Shown here: positions 26,195 through 37,376 of the stretch, piece by piece | How positions within the stretch are numbered: the stretch's first letter is position 1 | How the letters are laid out: each line of letters begins with the position of its first letter | NCBI RefSeq assembly: GCF_006345805.1 | Contig: NC_043002.1 | Span: 90,706,001 to 90,770,000 of the forward strand | Source: Octopus sinensis | Lineage: Eukaryota | Reading direction: 5' to 3' | Length of the DNA: 64,000 nt | Notes under the pieces: model-generated | Seen by the model: only the letters and a program-made list of their open reading frames with translations | What the model was told of the DNA's origin: nothing | Database searches by the model: none | Made by a program: the position numbers and the translations under genes

Positions 26195-26420
26195 GAGAAA
26201 GCCCCTCGAAGGAGAGGGGCTTTCTCCGTCCAGGTTGCGGATCCGTGGAATAAGCTGCCGGACGAGATAATGAAGATGCCGACGATTGCTTGGTTCAAAG
26301 TCTCTCCTGACCAGAAATGGCCTGAACTCTTTCTATGACCACCCTCCCCGTACATAACTCCCTGTCCCCCTACATGGCCTTGCTTTTGCTTTTTGAGCCA
26401 ATAAAAATTGAATTGAATTG
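26195..26420 (+). mobile_element. CR1-like LINE 3' end
   Basis: RRGAFSVQVADPWNKLPDEIMKMPTIAWFKVSPDQKWPELFL* matches the CR1 ORF2 C-terminal FS.RV...WN.LP...FK..LD pattern. Followed by a 3' UTR, aataaa and a (aattg)n tail. Confidence 0.7.
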
Positions 26421-26508
26421 TCAGTAAACAAGTACAAAACGAATATGGCAAGGGACTTCTTTTGAAAAATCTCTCATTGATGTTAGCATCCTTTGCTGAT
26501 ATATTTTG

Positions 26509-26808
26509 TTTATTCCTTCTTGAGCCATGCCTGGCTCATTAGGGCCGGTTCCCCGGTTTCCTTGGTGTATAGGTTCCCCACCTGGACGGGATGCTGGTCC
26601 ATCGTAGTTGAGCTGCAAGATTCAGGAGGAAAGAATGAGAGAAAGTTCTGGCGAAAGAGTCAGCAGAAGTTTGCCATTACCTTCTGCCGAAACCGTGTGG
26701 AGCTTAGGTGTTTCGCTCATAAACACACACATCGCCCGGTGTGAGATTCGAACCCGTGATCCCTTGACTGCGAGTCCGCTGCTCTAACCACTAGGCCATA
26801 TGCCTCCA
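26509..26808 (-). mobile_element. tRNA-derived SINE family D with 13 bp TSD
   Basis: Head ggaggcatatggcctagtggttagagcagcggactcgc and B-box gggttcgaatc. TSD ctgatatattttg at 26496-26508 and 26809-26821. Confidence 0.88.
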
Positions 26809-27414
26809 CTGATATATTTTGGAGAATGATATCTACATGTTTGTGTGTAGCTACGTATTTTACATATTTATTTATCTTTTTTTATCCCCACTTAAACATA
26901 GACATTATGTTAGAAAAGATTATACAGTGGTAAATACCATGAGAGAACTGGATATAAGCAAGAGTGTATTTTTCACCAAATGCCAATATGAAAGTTTCTC
27001 TCATGGTATCTGCCACAGTATAGTTTGTTCTAATAGAACAACCACTTTTTTTAAGTGGGTATAATTATTACATCATGATATTAATAGAGCTTCTGCCTCT
27101 TTAATGTGGCAAGCTTGGCAGAATCATTAGCATGCTGGGCAAAATGCTTAGTGATATATTGCCTGTTGCTATGTTGAGTTCAAATTCCACAAGGTTGACT
27201 TTACCTTTCATCCTTTTGAGGTCAATAAATTTAGTACCAGTGATACACTGAGGTCAATGTGACTGACTAGTCCCATCCTGCAATTTCAGGACTTGTGCCT
27301 ATAGAAGAAAGTATATTAATACTGCCCCTGTTGCTAATATATATTATTTCTCTTTCTCTTATCTTCCATTTGTCAAACAAAATGTGCCCTGTGTGTGTGT
27401 CCCCTGTCCAAATA

Positions 27415-27808
27415 TCTTTATATATGAAAGTGAAGTTGTGTGTCTGTCTCCTACGATTTAGATTCCTAACTACTCCCACATTTTGCGGTGCAGTTTAACC
27501 AAAACCGGGTATCTTATAGTAGTGATTCATATCGAGCCCTTCTGGGTATTAGCGCGCGTCTACGATGAGTCTACGATTTAAAAAAGAATTTACCATCATT
27601 TTTTCCCATTTTTAATGCATTTTTTGCTATTATATAAGGGAAGTAACTCTCTAAAAATGTATTATTAAATCTCAGAACGTAAAAAGCTACAGTAACACTC
27701 CCCTTTGTGGTTAGCCATATTGAGATGGCTGTTATACTTTACATCTCTAAAAATGCTTATATAGTTATTTCCCTTACAAACCCGAGCAACGCCAGGTGAT
27801 ACTGCTAG
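27415..27808 (+). mobile_element. Non-autonomous Helitron
   Basis: A|TCtttatata start, subterminal hairpin cccgagcaacgccaggtg, CTAG|T end, no TSD. Confidence 0.85.
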
Positions 27809-28069
27809 TGTTTATATAAATATTTTACCCCCCCCCCACACACACACACTTCCATAGAATTTCTGTCCACTAAATTCTACTCTTAAAGTAATGATCAATG
27901 CTATAATAGAAGCCATTTGCTGAGTGTGTCACACAGTACATATTGAACTCAGAACCATGTGGTTGTGAAACAAACTTCTTAATCACCCAACCATGCCTGG
28001 ACCTGTTTCTGCTAATGATTGTCATATGAGAAGTAGCACCTCACACACACGTATACACACACACACACA

Positions 28070-28110
<41 letters not shown>

Positions 28111-28587
28111 AGAAAAGTAATTTTATTTTATAAGAAAAGATATATTTTTATTTTTATCAAGAAATTGAAAGTCACTATGGAAACCAACCTTGTTTAGCCA
28201 GGACATTATCTTTCGAATAGTTAAACAGAGTTTTAAAAGATCGCAACTCCTTAGACATCATTATCATCTAACAGACTTTGTATTAAAAATCAAAGATGCT
28301 GATCTAGAAAGATAAATTGACCTCTCTATCCTGTCTTAATTTAGACAACAAGATGTAATAACGAAGTGTTTTGGTAAAATAAGTTGCAGAGGAAAGCCTC
28401 TACATGGTCATTCGATTTGTTAGAAATAGCAGCCAAATTTTCTTCTGATCTGGTCCATCATACCACCTTGGAAAATGTAATTGCACATTGGACAATATAG
28501 TCTTGGACATAAAAATAAATAAGATACCCAATATTGGAACAGCTTTGATCATTGGCTTGCTAAACAACAGTAATAAACTTGGCACAT

Positions 28588-28982
28588 ACGTAGGAGTGGC
28601 TGTGTGGTAAGTAGCTTGCTTAAAGACTACATGGTTTCGGGTTCAGTCCTACTGCATGGCACCTTGGGCAAGTCTCTTCTACTATAGCCTTGGGCCAACC
28701 AAAGCCTTCTGAGTGGATTTGGTAGACAGAAACTGAAAGAAGCCCGTCGTATATATGAATATATGTATGTGTGTGTATGTGTTTGTGTGTTTGTGTTTGT
28801 CCCCCCGACATCGCTTGACAACCGATGTTGGTGTGTTTACATCCCTGTAACTTAGCGGTTCAGCAAAATAGACCAATAGAATAAGTACTAGGCTTACAAA
28901 GAATAAGTGCTGGGGCCGATTTGCTTGACTAAAGGCGATGCTCCAGCATGGCTACAGTCAAATGACTGAAACAAGTAAAAGA
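28588..28982 (+). mobile_element. SINE family A with target-site duplication
   Basis: Full-length copy flanked by gtaataaacttg(gc/at)acat at 28570-28587 and 28983-29000. Confidence 0.85.
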
Positions 28983-29781
28983 GTAATAAACTTGATACAT
29001 GCTTTGTCTCTCACTTTACAACTTTACACTCAATAGGATGTTCCTCACTGTATAGTGCTTAGGCAAGTTTTTGTTTCTGTGTGCTGTTTATTCTGTGGTG
29101 TGTTTAGGTGGATAAACCTAAAACTATCCAACCTTTCTTTTTGTGACATCAGCATCTCCATTATTGTTATGTTCACTTTTCCATTCTCACATGCCTCATA
29201 TGAAATTTGTTGAAGTTGATTTTTCTATTGTCAGATGCTCTTTCTATCACCAACCATGACTTGCTTCCATGTAGTATAATATTTTCCTACAATCACAGAT
29301 GTTTTCACAGATGATTATAAATGAAAGACATTAGTTGCATGATGGTGCCACTTGTTTACATCTATCGGGTGACGTCAAAGCAAGAAAACTGTAAACACAC
29401 ACCACACACACACACACACACACAAAGTTATGCTAGAAGATAATAATTGCCAAAGGTGCCATTCAGTGGGACTGAACCTGAAACCATATGGTGGGGAGAC
29501 AAACTTCTTATCACACCAGCCACTATCTTTATCCAAGTGAAAACCACTTCTTAATTTTATTGCTCTTATATTTTGTTAAACTCTTCTTATCTCTAGCCAG
29601 ACTCCTCTCCACAGAAACAGGAAGATATAGTAATAATACTTAGCGATATTATCACTATATTTTGCATCAAAATTTAATTAGATGAAATTAAATAGTTTAA
29701 GTTTTTAATTTTTCTTCGACTAAAACCCTTTCAGGCAGTGATCCAGCATGGCTGTGGTCAAATGACTGAAAGAATAAAAGA

Positions 29782-29841
<60 letters not shown>

Positions 29842-30105
29842 GGATCGTTTGTAGAAATGAATAAATCTGGAAGAGAAGCACATTGGGTATCTTGTTTATT
29901 TTTATATCCAAGACTATATTGTCCAATGTACAATTACATTTTCCAAGATGGTATGATGGACCAGATTGGAAGAAAACTTGGCTTCTATTTCTAACAAATC
30001 AAATGAGGTTACCCTGGGTTTCTTGCTCATAAGGGGTTTAGCATTATGGCGTATCTTCAGACCCCAAACACTGCTGGCCTGAAACCTCTTTATATATATA
30101 TATGT

Positions 30106-30159
<54 letters not shown>

Positions 30160-31267
30160 CTTATAATTTTCTGTGTATATATATATATAGATACAATACC
30201 AATATTCCTCTAAACTTTTTTAAAATTCTTTCTGTAAACTGTTTTTAACATCTTATTATTATTATTATTATCAAAGAATGTATATATATATATTGTAATC
30301 TTTTGTGCCCAATATTTTAATGAACTTGTTAAATTTTTTTATATTTTCTCAAGATTTTCCCTTGTAAACTGTTTTTAACATGTTCTTATTATTATCAAAG
30401 AATGTATATATGTATTGTAATATTTTGTGACAACCAGTACTTAACACAACAAAGCTTTTACAAAGCTTTACATTTTACTTTTGACAATCTTTTTCTAAAA
30501 AAGTGAAACCAGTCAAGTGAATGAACATTTTTAAAATTGCTTTTTCAAACCTTCTTTCGTATATATATGTATATATATATATATATGTATGTGGGGGGAG
30601 GGGCATATATTTGCATGAATGGTATGAAGAACTTAAAGACACTTCAACCCTTTAGTTAAAATATTTCTGTTGAATGACGCTGTTTTTGTTTCTATTAATT
30701 TTGAAAATAACAAAGAATTTAGTAAAACAACACTTTAATCTGGTGTTTGGAACTCAAAGAAGGTTTTAGATTAGATCACTTTAAAACAGTAAATTCGTAT
30801 CATTGAACCAAGGTCATATTCACGTAGATTGGTATCAAAGAAGTTAAAATATATGCAGGAGATTTTACAATTTTAATACAGCAAAAAAGGAATTTTTAAT
30901 CTAAATTTAAAAAATCGGACGTCTTAAATAATTATCCATCTAGATTAAACATTTGAAGATCATGTCTTTCGACTATATTGGAGCTGAAGCTTGGAATACT
31001 GACATTGGAATTTTAATCAATCATCTACCAGATGTTGATGATATAAATATTGGTGACAGACAAACAAAAAGTATCATGAAATTACTCAATATCATTGTAT
31101 AGATTTGCTGTGTCTATTAAATTTACCATATCTTTTTGGATTCTGTGTGTTTATTTAACTTAGCATATCATTGTGGGCTGACTATGTTTCCGTACCTTAC
31201 AGTCTTTAACCCTTTAGTTATATCTGGCCCAGATATTCTACCTACTTTAGTGCAATGTTATTACCTG

Positions 31268-31620
31268 TTCAAATATGCCGATGGCACATTCTGACTTGTA
31301 AACAAGCAATTCACTGCGTTTTGACATGGAGGAACTTTCTTTCTGTAGACAAATGGTGTAAATGCATCCAAATCAGCTCACAGCGCCACCAATCAGTTCC
31401 TGTGACTGAAGAGGAGATAACCACTCTGAATGCTTACATCTCACAGTCTGGATAGATGCCACTGCCAGCTGATTTAGGTGTATTTACACCATTTGTATCT
31501 ACAGAAAGAAATTTCCTCTTTGACGAAACACAGTGAATGGCTTGTTTACAAGTCTGAATGTGCCACTGGCATATTTGAATTGAAAATAACATTGCATTTA
31601 TATACATCACTGCTTAGCAT
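31268..31620 (+). mobile_element. Penelope-like non-autonomous element with inverted arms and hammerhead motif, inside a piggyBac-type MITE
   Basis: 31268-31378 is the reverse complement of 31467-31579. The spacer holds ctgtga-CTGAAGA-ggag-ataacca-ctct-GAAt-gcttac-aTC-tcacag. A second copy lies at about 41730-42010. Confidence 0.7.
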
Positions 31621-31829
31621 TCCCATCCAACAATCTACCTGTTTTATATCCAAGCAGCCAGATCCAGCATCTCACACCTACCCTACAATGTTGTTCCAAA
31701 AAGAAAAAATAATAATAATAATGACATCATTGGAATCTCAAAGCTACAAGATAATGCGTGATAATTCAAAACAATGTGAATAAATAAGCATTACATTTGG
31801 CAGAGTAATCTGAATGCTAAAGGGTTAAT

Positions 31830-32760
31830 GCACTCAAGGCAATTTAAAGAATTTCTCATAAGTTGCAGTGCATAATAATGATTGTTGTGAATGTAAAACT
31901 TCTGGGAGCACAAACTCCCTATTGTGAAACTGGTAAATTTCTGCTATGTAAGGCCAATTTAATGGAATTCCATATTACTCCATTATACCTTTCATATTGA
32001 ACATTTCCACGAGGACTGTATACAGGAGAATGAGTAATCCTATACTCCTATCATACAGAAATTGTTTATGTTCTTTAGATGCAAAACATTTAGCTTTATC
32101 ACTATGAATAACAGCAGGAAATCCGAAAAGATTAAACAAAACCTTCAAATTACTAATAACGGTATGAGCACTAGTATCAGTACATGGAAAAATAAATGAA
32201 AAACGTGAATACTCATCCACAACAGTCAAAAAAATAATGGCTCTTTGACACTGAAGGTAGGGGTCCTTTAAAATCAACACTCAATCTTTCAAAAGCTTGA
32301 GTAGATTCAATTACTGACAAAACAGAGGTTTTAGTAAAGCGAGGCTTCACCTCACAACATATTACACCATCTACAGAGTATAGTAAATTCTTAACTTTAA
32401 TATAATGAAACAATCATGTGATCCCAAGATGACACAGCGCTGCACGAACATGGTACAGTTCATTATCAGTTATAGCTGTGCAATAGGTACTTGATAAAGC
32501 ATCAGATACAACATTAAACTTACCTTGGTGGTAAATGATATCAAATTTATAGTAGGCTAGTTCGATTCGCCAATGCATTATATTTTCGTTTTTAGGTTTA
32601 CTGCACTTTTGACAATTAAACATAAAAGCCACACTGTTTTGATCACTTATTAGTGTGAAGTTACGTCCAAGAAATTGAGACCATTTTCTCACAGATTCTA
32701 CAATCACTATTGCCTCTTTTTCAATACAAGAATAACGATGTTCAATGAATATCAACACCG
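31830..32760 (-). pseudogene. Ty3/Gypsy LTR retrotransposon pol fragment (RNase H then integrase)
   Basis: RYSCIEKEAIVIVESVRKWSQFLGRNFTLISDQ...NVVSDALS, an H..LCHLG/CC zinc finger, ERLSVDFKGPLP, LTVVDEYSRF, FGFPAVIHSD. RH-IN order is Gypsy-type. Frameshifted. Confidence 0.9.
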
Positions 32761-33543
32761 CAACTCCTCAAAATAAAAAACCCCTGAAATTTTGGGGATC
32801 TGCCCTTCTTCATTTATAAGTAAACTAAGGCACAGGAGTGGCTGTGTGATAAGTAGCTTGCTTACCAACCACATGGTTCCGGGTTCAGTCCCACTGCGTG
32901 GCACCTTGGGCAAGTGTCTTCTACTATAACCTCGGGCCAACAAAAGCCTTGTGAGTGGATTTGGTAGACAGAAACTGAAAGAAGCACGTCGTATATATGT
33001 ATATATATATATGTGTGTATATGTTTGTGTGTCTGTGTTTGTCCCCCCAACATCGCTTGACAACTGATGGTGGTGTGTTTACGTCCCCGTAACTTAGTGC
33101 TTCGGCAAGAGAGACCGATAGAATAAGACCTGGGGTTGATTTGCTTGATTAAAGGCAGTGCTCCTGCATGGTTGCAGTCAAATGACTGAAACAAATTAAA
33201 GAATAAAAGAATAAGTAGAATTTGTTATGTTTACGATTTTTTTGTAAGATTCTTCATGTGAAAACGTGTATTGAAACAGATATTGTTATACTTGGGGACA
33301 GTTTTTTTTCCTTAGGTGTGGTGGAGGGATGCTAGTTATGTTTTTTATTGGCAAGAAAAATATGACTGTCCACAAGCATAACAATATAAATAGGATTTTT
33401 GTTATTCACATAAATCTTCATTTTTTTGCCTTCATGTTGGAAATGATTAAGTTTTAAATGAATTTTAAATCTTCACAGCACTCACTACCCCCGTTTAAAA
33501 AAACATTGGTCTAAATCATCTTCTGTTTTTTTCTTTGCCTTAG

Positions 33544-33897
33544 GATGAATCACGGCCTATGTCATTTACTGCCACTACTCCACCACCAATCAATGTGAAA
33601 CGCAGGTCATCATCTCCAAATCTTGATGCTCTCAGTGACCCAAGCCACAACGTGATCTCAGAAAGCAGCAGTAGCCCAGAAGGGGAGCTAACTTCCCAAA
33701 TATCAGAGGGTGACAGTGAAAACAGCATCGGTGAAATTGACCCAAGTGTCGGAGGTTATCAAGAGGTTGATCAGAACCACGAAAGTATCTATGAACCAAA
33801 GCGTGTCTTCTTGCCCCAAATTAAAATTGAAAGAAAATTTTTCACCGAACTTCAACAACTTGAATCATTAATAAATTCTGGTGGTACAAACGAACAG
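33544..33897 (+). CDS. PLEKHH1/2: PLEKHH1/2-like exon D (Ser/Pro-rich disordered region)
   Basis: ttttttctttgccttAG acceptor and CAG|GTGAGT donor. 354 nt open frame DESRPMSFTATTPPP...INSGGTNEQ, containing track ORF 33559..33906. Confidence 0.85.
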
Positions 33898-34098
33898 GTG
33901 AGTTAGAATTATTGCAGGAAAATGGTCTAACATTCCTACTTTTTCTTCATTGTTAAACTTTGCATGATAATCACCATCATGTTGATCCTTACAAAATCAA
34001 ATTTTCTCAAATAGTCCACTACCGAAATGCTGACCAGATTTGAACTTCCTTCTTTAGATCAGAACTATTGTACCCAATGGATTTATTATTATATTATT

Positions 34099-34526
34099 GA
34101 GTGAGAGAGCAGTGCATGCCATCAAAGTGACACTGGGGTAAAATATACGAAGCCCAGTATACCCATCATAACTACCCGTCTGATAAGGGTACACTAGGCA
34201 CATGCATCGCAACCATATGTTCGTGACATGGCATTCTCATATCAAGATAAACAGCACATGACCTTGCAGGTGGGGCCCAGTTAGAATTTTTTTCTGCTTG
34301 AGTAACCCATCCCACTCAAAAGGTCCCTGAATAAGGGTTGTTTAAGGATGATGAACGAAACACCCCTGTTTCCAGAGGTGAATTATACAAACCCTAAAGA
34401 ATTACTCTTAACACATGGCTGTGATGCTCCCACACCACTCCTGTATGTGATCAGAAATGCACATATCAACCACTAAGGGACATGCTCAAACTGGTTAAGG
34501 TCAAGCAAATGACAAGCAAATCTCTG
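34099..34526. mobile_element. Non-coding (TTA)n-associated element, truncated copy
   Basis: Collinear with 34715-35270 and starts directly after a TTA tract. Confidence 0.75.
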
Positions 34527-34666
34527 ATTGAACAGATTCAAATTCTATGTGGGTTGACTTTGCCTTTCGTCCTTTTGGGGTCGATGAAACAAGCACCAAC
34601 TGAGCTCTGAAGTCAATGTTATCGACTCCCCACAAAATTTCTGGCATTGTGCCTATCACAGAAAGG

Positions 34667-34714
<48 letters not shown>

Positions 34715-35270
34715 GAGTGAGAGAGCAGTGGATGCCATCAAAGTGACACTGGGGTAAAATATACGAAGCCCAGTATACCCATCATGACTACCCGTCTGAT
34801 AAGGGTACTCCAGGCACATGCATCACAACCTTATGTGTGCGACATGGTGATCTCATATCAAGATAAACAGCACATGACCTTGCAGGTAGGGCTCAGTTAG
34901 AATTTTCTTCTGGTTGAGTAACCCATCCCGCTCAAAAGGTCCCAGAATAAGGGTTATTTAAGGATGTTGAACGAAACACCCATGTTTCCAGAGGTGAATT
35001 ATTCAAACCCTAAATAATCCCTCTCAACACATGGCTATGATGATCCCCCACTACTTCTGCTCATGATCAGAGATGCACATATCGTCAGCCACTAAGGGAC
35101 ATGCTCAACTGCTTATGGTCAAACAACTGACAAGCAAATCTGTGGTATTGAGCAGAATATTTGCTGTAGCCCATCTTTTATACCAAGACAAAACAACGTA
35201 CATGATAACACTTCCAGTCAGTTAAGATCAGAAGCCATGACAGCCACTGCCTGGTACTGCATCAGAGCAT
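34715..35270. mobile_element. Non-coding ~556 bp element embedded in (TTA)n, apparently complete
   Basis: gagtgagagagcagtg...gtactgcatcagagcat with long (TTA)n on both sides. No TIRs and no convincing ORF. Confidence 0.75.
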
Positions 35271-35291
35271 TTATTATTATTATTATTATTA

Positions 35292-35347
<56 letters not shown>

Positions 35348-35647
35348 ATTATATTTGTGCCAAGAATGGCCCATGTGAATGGGCCTACTCTAAGTGTGCA
35401 CCTGTAGGCTGGATGGAATGAAGAGGAGAGGGGGTGCCTTTGGTGTAAGGGGGTCCAAAGTGTGTGAGATTTTTCTGGTCACCTCTCGGTGGAACTCCCC
35501 TCAATTGGAAAGTATATTGTTGGTTTAATCTCCTTGTTAATTGTTGTGTTACTTTGCTGTTTACATGTTTAACCCAACTGTCCCTCGTCTGTGTATCATC
35601 CTTTATGTTTTGGGTTCGGCACTGATGGCCCATAAATAATAAATGTT

Positions 35648-35682
<35 letters not shown>

Positions 35683-36492
35683 TATTATTGTTATCAACAT
35701 TATTATTATTGTGGTGGTGATATTATGAACATGAGTTTTATTTTCAGTTTTCTTATGTAATAAATCTAAAATGCATAAAAAGGATATATGTGTGTTGATC
35801 TACTATTTCTCTTCCTCTCTCAGACATACAGTCTTCTTTTTATATCTCTTGCAAAACACAAACACACACTCTCTCTCATTCTCTTGTTTGCTCTTTTTTT
35901 CTTGCTCTCTCTCAGAATCTTTATCACGTTTTTACAAAATATTTTTATTAGCTATTTCAGGTAGTAATTTTCAGCTTTGACTCGATATCACTTCAACTTT
36001 GATGTGACAGTAATCTTTATAGTATTGCTATTGCCCATAGATGTAATCTACAAGATTGTATGTTACATACTGTAATTTACTGATGTCTGATTTAGTTAGC
36101 CTATAAGTTTTAAGTCGCTGTCATTTCTTTTTCCTCAGTCACATTATATTTTCTTTTGCAATACTTTTATTATGAAGTTTATCCTTGGAATTTTCTGTGA
36201 GTATATTCTCTCTAGTCAGAATAGAAGTAACAATGGCCGTAGTAAGAAGAACAAACCACATATCTGAATTAGTGGTTATAGCACATTGATGAATATCTAG
36301 GGCTATAATTGAAAATATTTGTATATGTGTGTGTTTATCCCATACATACAAGCAGTATTCTAACATGGGTCTGGCTTAAACCCTTTGCATTCAGATTACT
36401 CTGTCAAATGTAAAGCTCATTTATTCCCATTATTTTGCATTAAGTATGCATTATCTTGTAACTTCAAGATTTTGATGATCTGATTGTTTATA

Positions 36493-36887
36493 TCTTTATA
36501 TATAAAAGAGAGGTTGTGTGGCTGTCTCCTACGATTTAGATTCCTAACTACTCCCACATTTTGCGGTGCAGTTTAACCAAAACCGGGTATCTTATAGTCG
36601 TGATTCATATCGAGCCCTTCTGGGTATTAGCGCACGTCTACGATGAGTCTACAATTTTAAAAAATTTAACATAATTTTTCCGCATTTTTAATGCATTTTC
36701 GCTCGGTTTATATAAGGGAAGTAACTCTCTAAAAATGTATTATTAAATCTCAGAACGTAAAAAAGCTACAGTAACACCCCCCTTTGTGGTTAACCATATT
36801 GAGATGGCTATTATACTTTACATCTCTAAAAATGCTTATATAGTTATTTCCCTTACAAACCCGAGCAACGCCGGGCGATACTGCTAG
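36493..36887 (+). mobile_element. Non-autonomous Helitron inserted in a piggyBac-type MITE (about 36376-36998)
   Basis: A|TC...cccgagcaacgccgggcgatactgCTAG|T. Near-identical to 27415-27808 with CpGs retained, suggesting a young family. The MITE consensus resumes on both sides. Confidence 0.85.
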
Positions 36888-37340
36888 TTTAGAATGAAAT
36901 TGTAGGGTAAATGTGTGAGGCTGGATCTGGTTGGTTTCAACATAAAACAAGAAGAATATTTGAGTCATATACATCTGGTTTAAGTGTTAAAGGGTTAAGT
37001 CGTTGTCTTTAAGTGTTCCTACTGTCTATAAATTCTTGCTCATTTTCAAAAGTATTATCAAATAGTGATGTGAGTTAAATACATATTCCAAATATATTCT
37101 GGTGAGTATGGCGGCAACAAGAGCATCAAAGTTATTCTTTTATTCTTTTACATGTTTCAGTCATTTGACTGCAGCCATGCTGGAGCACCACCTTCAAGAG
37201 TTTTAGTCAAACTAATTGATTGTAGGACTTATTCTTTGTAAGCCTAGTACTTATTCTATTGGTCTCTTTTCCCAGTTACAGGGATGTAAACACACCAGCA
37301 TCGTTTGTCAAGCGATGGTAGGGGGACAAACACAGACACA

Positions 37341-37376
<36 letters not shown>

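Noticed and set aside
30232-30429. Short diverged tandem duplication in AT-rich sequence
   Set aside because: Real but ordinary slippage-type duplication with no further structure.
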